Of a DNA stretch of 17,873 nt, positions 15,980 to 17,873 are shown one piece after another. A model generated the notes under the pieces. That model was given only the letters and a program-made list of their open reading frames with translations, had not been told where the DNA came from and did not search any database. How positions within the stretch are numbered: the first letter of the stretch is position 1; each line of letters opens with the position of its first letter. Origin of the DNA: Candidatus Methylomirabilia bacterium (GTDB lineage: Bacteria; Methylomirabilota; Methylomirabilia; Rokubacteriales; CSP1-6). The stretch covers positions 1 to 17,873 of the forward strand of contig JBGPXN010000089.1 of the NCBI GenBank assembly GCA_041492755.1. The letters are read 5' to 3'. Position numbers and translations under genes: made by a program.

Positions 15980-16070
15980 AGCGTAACACCACTCGTCCCC
16001 TGGAGCTGGCCGGTGCCTCATCATCTGTCGAGGTTGTGAGGTTGTGGGGCCGCCCAGAACCATCATCCAC

Positions 16071-16411
16071 CGTGCTCGCGACCTTGCGCGCACGGTCGTG
16101 AAGCCCTGACCAAGCGCCCTTGCCGGTACTCGCTGGCGCCGCGGCTTCGCGAGCTCTCGGTGGCCACCCTGCTGATCGTCGGCGAGCACGACGAGCCGTG
16201 CGTCAAGCGCACCATTTCATGGCCGACACGATCCCCTTGGCGCCCGCCACATCGTAATCCCCGGTGCCGGCCACCTCACCGACCTCAAGGCGCAGGACGT
16301 ATTCAATCGCGCGGTCACGGCGTTGCGTTCCTCCGTCAGGCGGCGCGTTGCCCGACCCGCGCAGCGAAGCTGCGATCTCGTTCGCGGTCGGCCCGACCCG
16401 CACGCCGATAG
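16071..16411 (+). pseudogene. Frameshifted C-terminal remnant of an alpha/beta hydrolase
   Basis: Reads across frames as RLRELSVATLLIVGEHDEPC / HHFMADTIP / GARHIVIPGAGHLTDL..QDVFNRAVTA / FLRQ. Catalytic Asp and His motifs are present, with several frameshifts and no N-terminal nucleophile region. Confidence 0.8.
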
Positions 16412-16569
16412 CCGGCGGGTAGTCGCCGGCGTCGGCGTCAGGCCGCTTCCGACCTGCTCCGGCGGCGAGAGCCGGGCGGCGTGGTAGCCTCTATCGGCAC
16501 ACCGGGACGCGCCGGCGTCCGCCGTGGCGCGAGTTGCTCGCGCCACAGAGAGGATCGGGAGGTCACCCC

Positions 16570-17873
16570 ATGGCCATCACGAGAGACGTGAAATCGCCGC
16601 GGCCGCTCGCACAGACCCGGCGCTGGGCGGAGCCAGGCTCGAAGTCGGCCGAGCTGTTCGCGCGCGCGCAAGGCGTCATGCCCGGCGGCAACACGCGCAC
16701 GACGGTCTACATGGCGCCCTACCCGCCGTACGCCGCCTCCGGTGAGGGCTGCTGGATCACGGACGTCGAGGGGGAGCGGCGCCTGGACTGCCTCAACAAC
16801 TACACCGCGCTGATTCACGGGCATGCCCACCCGGCAATCGTCGAGGCGGCCACGCGGCGCCTGGCCCAGGGCTCGTCGTTCCCGCTGCCCACGCCGGAGG
16901 AGATCGAGCTGGCCGTCCTCCTCTGCGAGCGGCTGGCGTCGGCCGAGCGCGTGCGCTTCACCAACTCGGGCAGCGAGGCGGTGATGATGGCGATCAAGGG
17001 CGCGCGCGCCTACACCGGGCGCCCGAAGATCGCCAAGTGCGAGGGCGCCTACCACGGCTCCTACGACTACGCCGAGGTGAGCCTCGGGTCGTCGCCGGAC
17101 GACTGGGGGAGCCTCGCGGCGCCCGCCAGCACCGTGTACTCGCGCGGCACGCCGCCGTCGGTGCTCGACGACGTTGTCGTGCTGCCCTTCAACTACGCTG
17201 AGCATGCGGTGGCGCGGATCGAGCGCGAGGCCAAGCACCTGGCCGCCGTCGTCGTCGACCCGGTGCCGAACCGCGTGGGCCTGATGCCGGCCCGCCGGGA
17301 GTTTCTCCAGGCGCTGCGCGAGGTGACGCAGGCCCACGGGATCGTCCTGATCTTCGACGAGGTGATCTCGTTCCGCGTGGGCTATCACGGCGCGCAGGGC
17401 GCGTTCGGGATCACGCCCGACATGACGACGCTCGGCAAGATCATCGGCGGCGGGTTCCCGGTCGGCGCGGTCGTCGGGCGCGCCGAGGTCATGGCCGTCT
17501 TCGATCCCACGAAGGGGCCGCCGCCCGCGCCGCACGGCGGGACGTTCAACGCCAACCCCGTCACCATGGCCGCCGGTCTCGCCGCGATGCGGCTCCTCAC
17601 CAAGGACGCCTACGGGCGGCTCGACGACCTCGGCGCCAAGCTCCGCGCGAGCCTCGACGAGTGCTTCAAGCGCGCGGGCGTGCCCGGCCGTGCCACCGGC
17701 ATGGGGTCACTCTTCCGCCTGCACGCGGTAGATCGCGAGCTCCGCGACTACCGGAGCGCGCGGACGACGCCCGAGGAGTCCGCGCGCCTCGTGCGTATCG
17801 TGCGCCGTCTCATGGAGCACGGCGTGCTCGTGTCGGTGACCGGCCTCGGCTGCCTCTCCACGCCGATGGGGGA
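16570..17873 (+). CDS. Class III PLP aminotransferase, glutamate-1-semialdehyde aminomutase-like (3' partial)
   Basis: Manual translation from ATG 16570 (GGGAGG SD) gives MPGGNTR, NNYTALIHGHAHP, RFTNSGSEA, EGAYHGSYD, LIFDEV, TLGKIIGGGFPVGA (PLP Lys) and HGGTFNANP. Runs off the window, so it is absent from the ORF track. Confidence 0.93.
   Translation, partial: MAITRDVKSPRPLAQTRRWAEPGSKSAELFARAQGVMPGGNTRTTVYMAPYPPYAASGEGCWITDVEGERRLDCLNNYTALIHGHAHPAIVEAATRRLAQGSSFPLPTPEEIELAVLLCERLASAERVRFTNSGSEAVMMAIKGARAYTGRPKIAKCEGAYHGSYDYAEVSLGSSPDDWGSLAAPASTVYSRGTPPSVLDDVVVLPFNYAEHAVARIEREAKHLAAVVVDPVPNRVGLMPARREFLQALREVTQAHGIVLIFDEVISFRVGYHGAQGAFGITPDMTTLGKIIGGGFPVGAVVGRAEVMAVFDPTKGPPPAPHGGTFNANPVTMAAGLAAMRLLTKDAYGRLDDLGAKLRASLDECFKRAGVPGRATGMGSLFRLHAVDRELRDYRSARTTPEESARLVRIVRRLMEHGVLVSVTGLGCLSTPMG

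Larger units (their letters stand above)
14050..16070. other. Lower-GC horizontally acquired islet (approximate bounds)
   Basis: Abrupt composition change: 14161-14220 has 27/60 GC versus 40/60 at 1681-1740. Flanked on both sides by truncated host-like genes. No transposase or integrase. Confidence 0.75.

Noticed and set aside
16570..17873. Calling the aminotransferase hemL
   Set aside because: GGNTR and NNYTALIHGH differ from the HemL GGVNSPVR and SWGP motifs, and there is no tetrapyrrole gene context.

Overview
High-GC (~70%) bacterial window. The orphan ABC_sub_bind-type binding protein and the intergenic repeats suggest a Rokubacteria-like soil bacterium (inference). 272-13732 holds two convergent catabolic operons, each with a paralogous trio: Mer/F420-type LLM oxidoreductase, cyclic amidohydrolase (dihydropyrimidinase/allantoinase-like) and nitrilase-family N-carbamoylase. 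The left (+) operon adds a cyclase. The right (-) operon adds a Dpp/Opp-type transporter without ATPases and a CodA-like deaminase. Together these suggest reductive pyrimidine or modified-nucleobase catabolism with an LLM enzyme replacing dihydropyrimidine dehydrogenase. Three copies of a covarying multi-hairpin REP-like element lie between genes. At ~14050-16070 a lower-GC islet sits between two 5'-truncated, divergent pseudogenes. It carries a two-gene cassette: a ~105 aa protein of unknown function and a 503 aa ImmA/IrrE (HExxH) metallopeptidase with a large non-HTH N-terminal region. This is a candidate undescribed toxin-antitoxin or anti-phage system. The window ends inside a class III (GSA-aminomutase-like) aminotransferase that the ORF track missed.
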